Shown piece by piece: positions 26,997 to 38,496 of a DNA stretch of 64,000 nt. The stretch lies in NCBI RefSeq assembly GCF_009834535.1, contig NC_045697.1, positions 60,886,001-60,950,000 of the forward strand, in the 5' to 3' direction. How positions within the stretch are numbered: the first letter of the stretch is position 1; every line of letters begins with the position of its first letter. Both the position numbers and the translations under genes were made by a program. The stretch comes from Camelus ferus (Eukaryota). The notes beneath the pieces were generated by a model. That model saw only the letters and a list, made by a program, of their open reading frames with translations, was not told the DNA's origin and searched no databases.

Positions 26997-27451
26997 TTTT
27001 TTTTTTTCTGCATGGACAGATTACCCTTTGTTTTTAAAAAAACAGCACTTCAAATAAATTAAAAGGGACAACTGTCAAAAGTTCAGATTGTGAAGGAACA
27101 GTTGAAAACCTAGAGAGACTCCAAGCTGCAACTATGGAAACAGCATCAAAGGGGGAAAGGAATGTGTGTGGGGGGCAGGGTGTGGTCCCACTGTCCCCCA
27201 CTCCAGCAACCCATCCCATGCCCCATGCCTCAGCTTCATATCTGTCCCATCCCCGTACCATCCCCACTCTGTTGTATGTATTATAGGATTTGTATTTTCT
27301 TCTCTTTTCTTCTTCCTTTCCTCTCAACCTCCCCTCTTGTATTCAAGACTATGAAACTTTGCGGTGGGTCCTGCTCTTCCTTCTCCTCCTCCTGTTCACC
27401 CTGGTGGTGTGGTGGGGAGGTGGGTAACAACAACAACAAAATGGCATCATG
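26997..27451 (-). pseudogene. Candidate 5'-truncated retrocopy of an mRNA 3' UTR (parent gene not identified)
   Basis: T11 run at 26997-27007 (poly(A) on minus strand) next to a ~450-bp block that is GC-richer than its flanks, matches no repeat I recognise and reads like a 3' UTR; no clear ORF or TSD. Confidence 0.5.
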
Positions 27452-27459
27452 AATATGAA

Positions 27460-28530
27460 CAGCACTGTCAGATGAATTAGTTGAAGTGGTTTTTTTTTGT
27501 AGAGTGTCCTCAAGTTTAATGGACTAATGTGTATTGTGTATACATTCTTATACCTTTATTTACTGAAGGACTCCAGATAGAAATTTCAACAATTTCATTG
27601 TTTACTACTATCTGTTCAACCTTCATTGAAAAAGAAATAGTTTATATAACTTGTAAAATACTTTGATAATTTACAAAACTTGCCTTCAAAAATTCTTGAG
27701 CTTTTTTTATTCTCTCACACATCTCAGGATATGTTGTGATTGCTTGGCTATTGATTTGTAAATATCATATCAGTTAAAATACAGGTATTGATTAACTTCT
27801 TAATGTTGAGCATAGGATGGTTATCTATGGATTCACTATGGATTGGGGAAGTAATCATCTTGAAATAACAATCAGAAGACAAGAGGAAGCATTGGTCAGT
27901 CTTGGAGTTATACCAAATTGAAGTGCTGGTGTTAAAATTGCTAGAGAACAAGTTTCTTTAAGGAACTTCACTCACTTTATGACACTTGCACAGGCTAAAA
28001 TTATGCTTTGTGTGGCGATAATCTGATGTCAACAACTTAGAGTTTAATAGGATATTCAGCTCAGAGTAGCTTATGAGGAGTGCTAGTAGTGATCAGCCTG
28101 GAATCACCTACATACAAAGAAATGATATTATGAAATGCATGAACCTGACAAAAGGATCAGATTGATGCTGGTGAAAAGGCATCAGATGATGTGGAGAAGT
28201 TACAACAGAAAGAAGGAGGAAATTATACATCTCTCAAGGATAGATTTTAATGAGTCCTTAAAAGAACATCCTTGGTATGTAAGGTGTCTGTTCCTTCACA
28301 AACTGGATGCCTTTCAAAAAATCAAAAAAAATCCTGGGATCACGTGTACTGAGAAAGGGAGTAATACATGGTGATACAAAAGTTGACTTTTTTTAAGCAC
28401 ACAGACACAATCAACAGAGCTACTGTTAACTTTGGCAATTGATCACAGTTTTGAGCCTAAACATTAGCATAGCTTAGTGAATGTGTTTATTACAGTAAGC
28501 CTCTATGTTTTTATAAGAAGAAAAGAAACC
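27460..28530 (+). pseudogene. Decayed coding-like segment, candidate negative-strand RNA virus nucleoprotein-derived element
   Basis: Frame starting at 27721 reads ISGYVVIAWLLICKYHIS*NTGID*LLNVEHRMVIYGFTMDWGSNHLEITIRRQEEALVSLGVIPN*SAGVKIAREQVSLRNFTHFMTLAQ; same frame at 28261 reads KEHPWYVRCLFLHKLDAFQKIKKNPG; resemblance to Mononegavirales N is by eye only. Confidence 0.3.
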
Positions 28531-30564
28531 ATAAAAATGGAATTGTTACTATGATAAATAAAAATAGTTACACTAAATGAAAATATAACACTTTAAAATT
28601 ATCTGATTTCATTAAAAAGATGTATTTTTGAATATGCTTTGAAATTAAAGACTGTCTTAACATATTTTTTTTCCTGAAATGCAGGGAGAAGCTACCCATG
28701 CTGCACACAGTAGTCACTCCATTTGAATGTAATGAATGTGAACATGATTACAGCAAATTCTCTTCCAAGAATTTTAACAGTAAACACATTTTTGACTCTA
28801 TTTTTACATAATGTCTATAAATTATTAATATAGTAGTTACTGCATTACTACCATAATAATCCATCTAAAACAAAGTACAAAAGTATTGCTTGGTGAATCA
28901 TAGATTGTAAAAACTTAAAGCAAAAGGAGGTTAATGTAAAATAATCAAAAAGGGGAAAATGCTTATTGAAATGCTATACTGCAGGAAAATATTTCAAGAA
29001 AAAATGATTCTAAAAAAGACTATGAATCATAGGGTTAGATAGAGGAAAGTAAAGAATGATCATTACATGAAGACAGTATTTATAGAAAAATCATCAAAAT
29101 GGCCTAGACATTCAGTGAGTATAAAAAAATAGAATAAAGGCACTATAATAGAACAAGAGGAAAATAATCCAATAGTGGTATTCCTTTCAATGCTCCCATC
29201 ATATACAGGAAAAGTTGATTAGTTCTCTGGGCCAAAATCTCTTTCAAAATCTGGCCACTACTCACTTTTTCTGTTATCTTTCACCACTCCCCTCATCCTG
29301 CTGTGTGACCCATCTCCATGACAAAGAAAACACAACCCAAATTCCAATTTTACTGAAATGCAGTATAATGGCAATGGTCTTCTAATAATATAGTTTCAAA
29401 CTATCATGCTATTGTACATTAATTTTCTCTGCCTGTAATGTCCTTCTTTTTCTTCTCTATTTTGTTATTTCTTGTCTAAATTCTACTTGTGAGGTTCTTG
29501 ATGGCAGGAGCTGTGCTCTATTCTTTTTTTATCCCCAGATCAGGCCACACTGTAAGGTCTAAATAAATGAACAGAAATAGAAATGTCCTGTTAAAACGAC
29601 TGAATGAGAGAAGTGAAAGGTATCAGAGGGATGACAATTATTTTAATAGATACAGAACACAAGATTATTTCAATTTAAGAAATTATGCTTTACAAGCTAA
29701 AAGAGGGAATTTTTGCTGAATTACTATCACTTATTTAGTTATGTTTCTAGGAGAAAAATTAGGAAAGAAGCATATAAAGAGAAAAATCACTGCATTGGGA
29801 GTCAAGACACTGAGGAAGTCCTGTATCTGTAGTTAACCATTTTTCTGATGAGGGAAGTAATCTATCATCTGAACACATGAAAAAAAAACCTCTTACATGT
29901 CTTTCTTCATTATATTTGAGTTCACATCACACTTCAGTTAAGATTACTATTGATTTTTGTTTTATCATAAGTAGCAACAAGTTTCATAAACAATAATGCA
30001 TTAATACATAGAAAATGTGCAATGTTTCAATTTTGATTTATTTTATGTGATATGCTTCAAAAACAAGATATGGTAGACAACACACTGTGTTGAAATAATA
30101 GCTCAGGCAGCAAGAGGTGTTGAGAATAGCCTAGGAGATCAGCTTTTGACATGGTAAAATTGACATGTCTATTATACTTTACGTGTCTTTTGTGCTACTC
30201 ACTGATGCCCAGTTTTCCACTCTTTCTAGACATATGCAAGATTGAATTTGCTCCCTCCCTAGTGTGGGTGTTTCTAGTACTAGCTACTGAGGTAGGGGAG
30301 GTAAATGCCATGTTATTTCTAAGCTGTAACTTTTAATTCTGAGTGTGATAAACTCTAGAGTTCTCTTTGCCATGTTAGGGTGATCGTGAAATTTTGGAGG
30401 TGTTTAATTCCACATCATAACCTAGCCTATCCTGATTGTTAGAGAATTTAGTTCACACCTCTGAGATTCTAACATAAATAAAAGCCTAAAATATGTGGCA
30501 TTTGATTACATATTCAGAGGTAGGTAATAAGGTAAATACTATCAAAGGCTAGAAAGATGGGGCT

Positions 30565-31685
30565 CAGGTACAGGATTACTAAGAAGTCAAATAAAACTTA
30601 GGTCTCAGGTTCCCCAACTTACACTAGTCCACTTTATAGCCCTAGGAGGGAACCTAGTAATCTGTTCTTATTTATTTTACAAGTAAACATATTTGCAGAA
30701 TGTACAAACATCAGGTTTTATAATCTCATTTTGTAAAGACCACTATCTCTTTTTACTATAACTTCCTCTCCATCACATTTTTCTTCATATTGAATGGATT
30801 TAGAGTTGTCACAATCATTTCTTTCATTTGTCTAAGGGAAAATTGAGTTGGAAATATATTTAGTTTGAGCTTAATGAAATATAAGAATGTGACTCACAGT
30901 TTACAGCTAAATTGTTGTTAGCCATGCCAGTGCAGAAAAGCTTCCTAGAATATTCTTGCAGCCCTCTTGCCGATTCACTTGGAATTATGCAATAGAAACG
31001 TTTCCTGTAGCACATGGCACCAGAAGAAGGTGAGTCGTGGAGGAGTAACAAGATCAGTAAGTTTAAAGTTAGAAACTAGTACATGGAATATTTTTTCCAA
31101 TTATCAAACTGTAAGCAGAGGATTTGTTTTTTATGGAAACCTACTCAAAACTGAAGTTCTCTCCTCTTCTATAATACAGGAAATAATGTGATGTATATAA
31201 CTATAAACATACAGCACATTTTCTTTTTTATAAGAATTATAGAAATTATCAGAATCATTTTAGTGTTAATGGGCCAAAAAAGTAGTAATGGGGCAAAAAG
31301 GACACCATTACTATTAACAGTAGTATTTCTATGCATGAAGTCTTATGTTCTATGTGTCCAAATTGTCAATAATTTATAAAAGGACCTACCATGCCAAACA
31401 AAACACAGATTTACATTTCATTTCCATTCTCTGAAAGAAAAACATATTATAAAATTTAGTATAATATTAATCTGCAATAAAAGATAATATAATCAAAAAG
31501 GCAGAAAATGTTACATCAGATAAATTTTTTTTATTTATGATGATCTGATATTTATCATGTTTTGTATTTATGATTATTTTGCGATTTATCTTCTCACTAC
31601 AAACACTTTTTTGTGTTTATAATTTGGAGTTACTCTTTACAAGAGGGTTACTAAGCCTTTCCTCTGAAAACCTGGACCCATACTA
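30565..31685 (+). mobile_element. hAT-Tip100 DNA transposon (Arthur1B/MER69B-like)
   Basis: 5' aaacttaggtctcaggttcccc...gccctaggagggaacctagtaat; internal aagggaaaattgagttggaaatatatttagtttg; 3' aaaacctggaccca; collinear with recalled MER69B/Arthur1. Confidence 0.6.
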
Positions 31686-32019
31686 TCATGCTGATTCACA
31701 TTCTATGGTAGCAGAACTTTTAGCAAAATTTGCTTTTGATAATTCAGGGCTAAGATAATGTCTTATAAACTTATAACCCTGGAGTTACAGATTGAAATAC
31801 AGAATATTAATAATGTATGCTCATTGTTACTGGCCGCATTTGGCAAAGTATTAGTAGAGAGAGATGAGCCCAGAAAACAGCTGACAGTAATAAAACAGAC
31901 AAAATCCCTGGATTTATCCAGGGCGCTATAGATCTGGAAGAAGAAACTGCTATTTAACTACAGAGAGTAAAGTGTGTCATTTAAAACTGAAAATAAAGAC
32001 ATTTGTACTTAAATATTCA

Positions 32020-32410
32020 GAAAAGTTTTATTGTCAATGGACAAAAACCAGAAATCACTCAAATGTCTATCAGCAGATAAATGGACAAAGATATTTTTGG
32101 ACATTCACAACATGGAATACAACACTACAATAACAAGTCAAAGTAATTATGCTAAATGTAACAAAATTCCATTTATATAAAATTCTAGTCCATTTATACT
32201 AGACTATGGTCACAAAAAAAGATAGATCAGTTCTTGCTTGAGAGTAAGGAACAGAAGAGAGGCTATATGCCAAAGGTGAGAAGAAACTTTCACAGGTGAT
32301 GAATACGTCCATTATCTTGACTGTGGAGATGCTTTTGCAGATACATATACATGTAAAACTCTCACACACTACACTTAAATATGTGTAATTTATTGTCAAT
32401 TATGTCTCAG
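32020..32410 (+). mobile_element. L1ME-type 3' fragment
   Basis: caaatgtctatcagcagataaatggacaaa ... ttccatttatataaaattctag ... atttattgtcaattat. Confidence 0.75.
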
Positions 32411-32934
32411 AAGTTTAAATGCTTACTTTGAGAAACAAAGGCTGCTTAATACTCAGCTTTGTTATAAGGATCAAATCAAGAATGTGACCTTTCGCTCATT
32501 GATTAAAGTCTTTGAAGGGAGGGAATTGGTGCCCCGAGTATCCTCACTCTTGAAAATACATACATATGTATTTCATATAAATGTATATATACATCTGCCA
32601 CAGAGAAAGTGTCCTACTGTACGTGTGGATTTCCCAATGAAGTCTGAGAGGATGGTACCTGTGATTAAGTCAAATGTGAACATGAACAAAGCGAGGGAGA
32701 GTAAGAGAGAAAGCACTGTACTCTATGAGGCTAAAAATCTTTTTTTTTTTAATTTAAACAAAAATGCAAAACAGAGAAGTATTTTAGAAAACAGCTTGAA
32801 TATCAGCTTTGGCATATGTTGCTGATTTGGAATCAACTAGATGATGAGTTCACTAACGGTTTGATGGAGTAACACAGCCAAAAAAACATGGAACCTCGAG
32901 GTAAAATAGGCTCTGTTTGAGGCTTAAAACAACA

Positions 32935-33205
32935 TTTGGCCCCAAAACCACAGAATATACAACACCAAGGGTAAATTCTCATATAACGCAGGGGCATTGG
33001 GTGATTATGGTGTGTCAAGGTAGGTTCATCAATTGTAACAGTGTGCTGCTCTAGTGGGGGATGTGGACAATGGGGGAGGCCGTGCATGTGAGGGGGTGGG
33101 GGATGGATGGGGAATCTCTGTACCTTCCTTCAATCTTGCTGCAAAATTGAAACTAGCCTACAAAAAAATGTTTAATTAAAAAAAAAAAGAAAAGAAAAGA
33201 AAAAA
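32935..33205 (+). mobile_element. L1MC1/L1MD-type extreme 3' end with A tail
   Basis: gggtgattatggtgtgtcaaggtaggttcatcaattgtaaca ... ggaatctctgtaccttcc ... followed by poly(A). Confidence 0.85.
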
Positions 33206-33336
33206 GACAAAACTGAGTAACAACAGCTAAAAACCTTTGTTTGCAACTTTCTGCAAGCTTCTTACCTTCTAATCCAACCCCCTACTATCACACACAATGA
33301 GGAAAGCATGCCATTTAATGTCTACTTTCTTTCCAG

Positions 33337-33666
33337 TGTTAAATTAATTAAACAAGGAGGCCATCAGACCAAAGGGGCTCTATGTCTTGGCAGCCTGCAC
33401 AAGCAAACCAAAATCTAAACCAGTAAATGCCTCAAGGTTATAAAAACAGGAACTTAGGGCAGCCAACCACAAATAGACAACCTGATTTTAAGCTATAGTG
33501 AATGAATAATTTCCCTGCTTTGCTTCACCTTTCCTCTGAGCTCCTGTTTCTCCTCACTAGTTCTAGCTTGCCACTGCCCTGATTCCCTGATTAGAATTAA
33601 TTTTTGCTCAAATAAACTCTCACAAATTGTAATAAATTTTAATTTGCCCCAGTTTATCTTTTAGTA
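33337..33666 (+). mobile_element. Solo ERV1-class LTR (MER57-like)
   Basis: Starts tgttaaatta; AATAAA within tttttgctcaaataaactct; ends cagtttatcttttagta (degenerate ...taaca). Confidence 0.7.
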
Positions 33667-34364
33667 GTAGCCAACAATGGTAGCCCTTTTTTGCTATCTT
33701 TAGAGAATCACAGAAAGAACAACACAGGAACTGAAAATGTAATGGGACAATAGTATGAAATAACAAAAGACCTGTTGATTGATTCATCTCCATGGGTTTG
33801 GCATGGACAGGTTGCTGAGAGGCAACACCTCAGGAAAGCATTTAAGAAAGAGGCACCATCACAACACTCTGAATGGAAGAAATGGAGAAAGAAACCTAGC
33901 TTTTCTTGGTATACCACTTTGCCAACTGGCTAGTCCTAATCATCCTGCCTTCCAATACAGTGGGAAAAGGATACACTGATTCCAAGAATGAACTATTGGG
34001 ATTAATCCAATTTTAGGAATCTCAGACATTTAGTTCTTTGCAGCTTAGGAGAAAAATGAAGGTAAAAAAAATTAGAACTATAGGCCTCCTGTCCTTTGAA
34101 CTGATACCATCCCCTTTCCTTCCCTGACTAAATATTTTTCCACATACAGTGTAATGGGGAAAAAAGTGATACTTGTTTACATTGCTTCACTTTCACATTA
34201 TCAACACATGTCCATTGACGTTAAACTCTTTCACAGCAATTATAAGCTGACAATTTTAAGAATATATTTATGACTTTTATTCATGTGAATACACATAGAA
34301 TAGTCATAAAAGGATGTTATTCAATATCATCAACACTTCAATTCATGCTCTGGAACAAGACCAA

Positions 34365-34590
34365 CTATTTGGACATTCAGACTGTAATATTTATTGACTT
34401 TGTGACTTAGGATAAGTCACTTAAACATGTATGTCTTCAATGTTCTTATCTACAAAATGAGCACAAGAATATTACCAGCCAAATGTAGGTGTTGAAAGAA
34501 TAAATAAAATAGCCATATTTATGTCTAGCACATACTATGTCTAGTTTGATGTCTAGCACATGGTAAGCATTTAAAAATTGCTATTACTTT
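34365..34590 (+). mobile_element. MIR SINE
   Basis: tgtgacttaggataagtcacttaaac ... ttatctacaaaatgag ... tagcacatggtaagcatttaa. Confidence 0.75.
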
Positions 34591-36029
34591 TATTACATGA
34601 AAAAATCAAGCTTTGAAGTTGTCAGGAATTTTTAAATGTCTCAGATATAATAAAAGAAAAATTATCTTTGCCTGTTGCCTCCACACACACAAAAAAAGGG
34701 GTAGGGGCTGGAAATTTTCTTAGGAGAATAGCACTGTTGGATAGCTCCAGGTTTCCATGCATTTTTTCAGAATGTGAACTATGATCTGAGTTTTCATTTT
34801 ATATGAATTATTCTGAAACTATCAGGAGGGTGAAGAGCTAATTAAAAAGGTTTTCTGCAGAAAATCTCTCCTTGGCATAAAGCCAATAAATCAGAAAAAA
34901 AAGGAAGAAGCAAAGAAGAGAGAGTAGTCTGGTACTGATGAACTTCTAATGAACACTGAGGGTCAATAGGTCAGACTACAATAGTGTGATGGTCCATACA
35001 TAATTTTTTACTGATTTGAACTTGCAGTCACATATATCTTTCACGCTTTCATCAAATGCAAATGTCTGTAGGTTTTGAAAAATGGAAAACTATCAATTTA
35101 TGATTCTATAATAAGTCAACTAATAATTAAAATCAAAAGGTGTGTATCAATATAATTATTTTGCCAGAAATATAAGTAGTAGAAACAGTGTAATAAGAGA
35201 TATGCAAAAAGATAAAGGGCAAGGGGAACAAGTTAAATACAGTAGCATTGTTGGCTTTAGTTTGATTCAAGGAATGGAGTTTAGGCTAGTTTAAAGGGAT
35301 TTTTCCCCCTTTGTTTTGTTAGCTTTTCTATAAAATTGTTTTGTAAAGAAAGATAAGGCAAATCCCATAGAAATTCAGGAAGATCCACGATAAAGCTGAG
35401 CTGATGGCTGGACCTGGATTAGAGGAAACTCTTGGAAACTCAGCAGCAGATTTTGTGGATATTCATGTGAGGGTTCTTCCCTTTCCTTGACTAATTTCCT
35501 CCATATCACCTCCAGCTCCTCAACCTGCTCCATAAAACCAGAAGTATCATTTGTCATAAAATGTTGCCTACCAATTCTGCGTCAGTTAAAAAGCAACCTA
35601 TAAAATAAATATTCAGAGGTGACAGAAATCGTTCCCCATATCTGGGAATTCTGAGCAATAGAGAAAAGCTGTATTTAAATTAAGAAGTATAATATGAGAG
35701 GTGTGGCTTTTCCTTAGAAAGATATAGAAAGGTAATAGACAAAGAGCAATTATCTAAGATTAAGGTGATGGATTTATGATAGTGAAAACAAACTCCCATA
35801 TTCTGGGACAAAATGCTGATAAAAAGATGTAGGTTTTTCAACTAGAGAAAATGAGTCCCCTGTTTTTGTTTTGTTCACCCTTATTTCCCAGGATTAAGCA
35901 CAATGCCTGGGGCATGGTAGTGCCCCATTCAATTGTTGTGTAGCTCTTTGTATGCATGTGTGTGTGCCTGTGTGTGCATGCCCCCTAATTTCCTGCATAA
36001 TCACTGCCTCTGTTCTCTCTTTCTCTCCT

Positions 36030-37510
36030 CCACAGGAAAAGAATTATCTTCACTGGCTGTCTCCACTTTCTGTCTTCCCATGATCTTGTAAATCTATTCC
36101 TATCAGGATTTTACCTTCACCTTTCTACTTCAGAGAGCTTTTTGTCAAAGTTAGCAATGACCTCTACTTTGCTCAATCCCACAACTAAATTTCAGTTGAC
36201 ATCTTATTTAACTTTTCAGCAGCATTTAACAAAATGTATCATTCTCCCATCCATAAAATATTTTCTTTACTTAACTTTGATAGTATTATCATACACTTCT
36301 GGCTTAACTGTTTCCTCATTGGTCACTTCTGATCAGTTCTCTTGCTGGTTCTTCCTCATCTCTTTGCCCTCTTTTCATTAATTTTAAAATGCCCTGAGAT
36401 TCATCCCTTGGATGTCTTTAGTTTAACAGTCTACTTACTCTCTTGAAGCTCTTATCCAAAGGTATATCTATATCTATATCTCCCAAATTCATATACTGTT
36501 AAAGCTATCTGCTCTCCTGAAATTCAGAAATAAGCATATGCCTCACTATTTAATAGTTCAACTTGGATGTTTAATAGGGATCTCAATATGAACATGTCCA
36601 AAAGAGAGCTCCCAATCTTTAACTCCAAACTTGCTTATGCTTATATGTGTCTCCCTCTCAGATAAAGACAATTCTGTCCTCCGAGTTACCCATCAGATAA
36701 CTTGGTGTCATCCTGCACTTTTCCTGTTTGCTCCTGCCTTTCATTCAGTTTGTCAGCATGTCCTATCATTTCCATACTCAAAATATTTCCAAAGTCTAAA
36801 CATTTTCAACAACTCCACTGTTAGTGCCCTGTTTAAACCACAATTATCATTCATCCCTCTCTGTACCGTCTGTTGTCCCGGCAGCAGACAAAGTGATCTT
36901 GTTGAAGATTTAACACATCATGTCACTCCTCTTCACAGACTCCCCCATGCCTTCCTATTTCACTCAGAGTAAAAACCAAAGTGTTTACAGTTATCTATAA
37001 GGCCCAGCACAATCCCTTACAGGCACTTCAGCTTTGTCTTCTTCTACTCATTCCACACGCTGTTTTCTCTACTTTTCCTTGAACAGATATGTGTGTCATC
37101 TTAGGATCTTTGCAATTGCTGCTTCAACTGCCTGGAATACTATTCCTCCAGTCATCAACATAACTTTGCCCAGTTATCAATATTACTCTCAGATCATTGC
37201 TCAAATGTTACTCTCCTGAAGTAAATTCGATTTACTAGCTATCCAATTTTAATTTGCAAGTTCCCTACTTCCCAACATCCTCTCTTTCTCCTCTCTAGTT
37301 TTCTTTCCCTCCAAAACACATATACCATTAACATACTACATATTTTACTTATTTTTGATCTTTCATTATTTATATTCCACTTTTTCAGCATAAACTCCTT
37401 GAAGGCAGAGGAATTAATTTTTTTGCTTTTAACTGGTATATTTATAGAGCTAAAACAGTGTCTGCCTTAATTTAGGAGCTAAAAAATGTAACTGTTAGAT
37501 AAATGAATGA
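36030..37510 (+). mobile_element. L2 (L2a-like) long 3' fragment
   Basis: C/T-rich L2 motifs (cacttggatgt-like caacttggatgtttaatagggatctcaa; atcatgtcactcctct; taaactccttgaaggcagag) ending in aaatgaatga. Confidence 0.85.
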
Positions 37511-38036
37511 TAATGCCAATACTAGTACTCTCAGCAGCATTTTAGGACTTCAGGTGAGAAGTCACCAGAGATTACAAGGATGTCTAGATAGACAAAATGG
37601 TACTAGATTTGGACCTCAGATAAGGATGTTGTACATATGAAGAAGAAAGTAAAGGCAACAGTCCCCCAGGAATGTGTGGGTAGAGTTAGTATAATTATCT
37701 ACCTGGAACAGGTGACTTATGCTGGAGAATGGTTAAGAAATCACTTTACAAAAGTGTTTTTGTCCCATCAGATAGAACAGGACAGGGATCTCTCCACTAG
37801 AGAGTTTTGATTTAAGAATTTCTTACTTTTTATTAAAGACAAAGCAAAACAGAAAAAGAATTACTTTCTCAACACTGAGAAAGACCAATGCACAATGCTT
37901 AAAACAACCTTGCATCATGATTTCTGAAACATTCTAAAAAGTGATCATTCTGAGAGGTGAAAAGGAAATAGCAGCAACAAAAATCTTTAAATGAATTTCT
38001 AGCTAAAATGGTGTCTAATCACAGTCATAAAATCAG

Positions 38037-38496
38037 TGTGTTTATTTGTGTCCTTGTGTCCTACCCACATCTCCTTGTGTTTCACCATTTCAGTGCACAG
38101 AAGACTTCCAGTTGCTACATGTGAATCTCCTTGCTTAAGGGCTTTTCCTGGTTACTGGAACATATTCTGCTTATGTGTAAATGTGGAAGAATTATACTGC
38201 CTACAAGTAGCCCTCAACTAATGACTACTGGAAGTTGGTGTATGAATGCCCCAGATATTTTGTCCCTTTGGTGGGATGACTCTAGGATACATTTGACTCT
38301 CAGAAATCACCAGTAGGGTTAAGCTCTAATTGCACACAGTGGTCACTTGCCTGGTAATTCAACATTTTGGCTGCCTTCCCTTCCCTAACTTGCTTTCTTA
38401 CTGCCATATGGGTGTCTCGGAATTAATTCTCAAATAGACTATTCACTCTCTGATGCTCTTACTTTTGTGTTTACTGAGTGTACACAAAGTCAGACA
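38037..38496 (+). mobile_element. ERVL LTR16C-like
   Basis: caccatttcagtgcac ... gccctcaactaatgactactggaagttggtgtatgaatgcccc ... gggttaagctctaattgcacacagtggt ... cagaca. Confidence 0.7.

Larger units (their letters stand above)
30200..33330 (+). mobile_element. MaLR MLT1J-like LTR plus internal sequence, fragmented by later insertions
   Basis: LTR end catcataacctagcctatcctgatt (~30445), then MLT-int motifs aaagcctaaaatatgtggcatt ... aggctagaaagatgg; resumes after 31685 (tggccgcatttggcaaagtattagtagagagagatgagcccagaaaa) and probably again after 32410. Confidence 0.65.

Noticed and set aside
34521..34561. Repeated atgtctag units resembling a short array
   Set aside because: Local slippage duplication within a MIR tail; not a CRISPR-like or regular array
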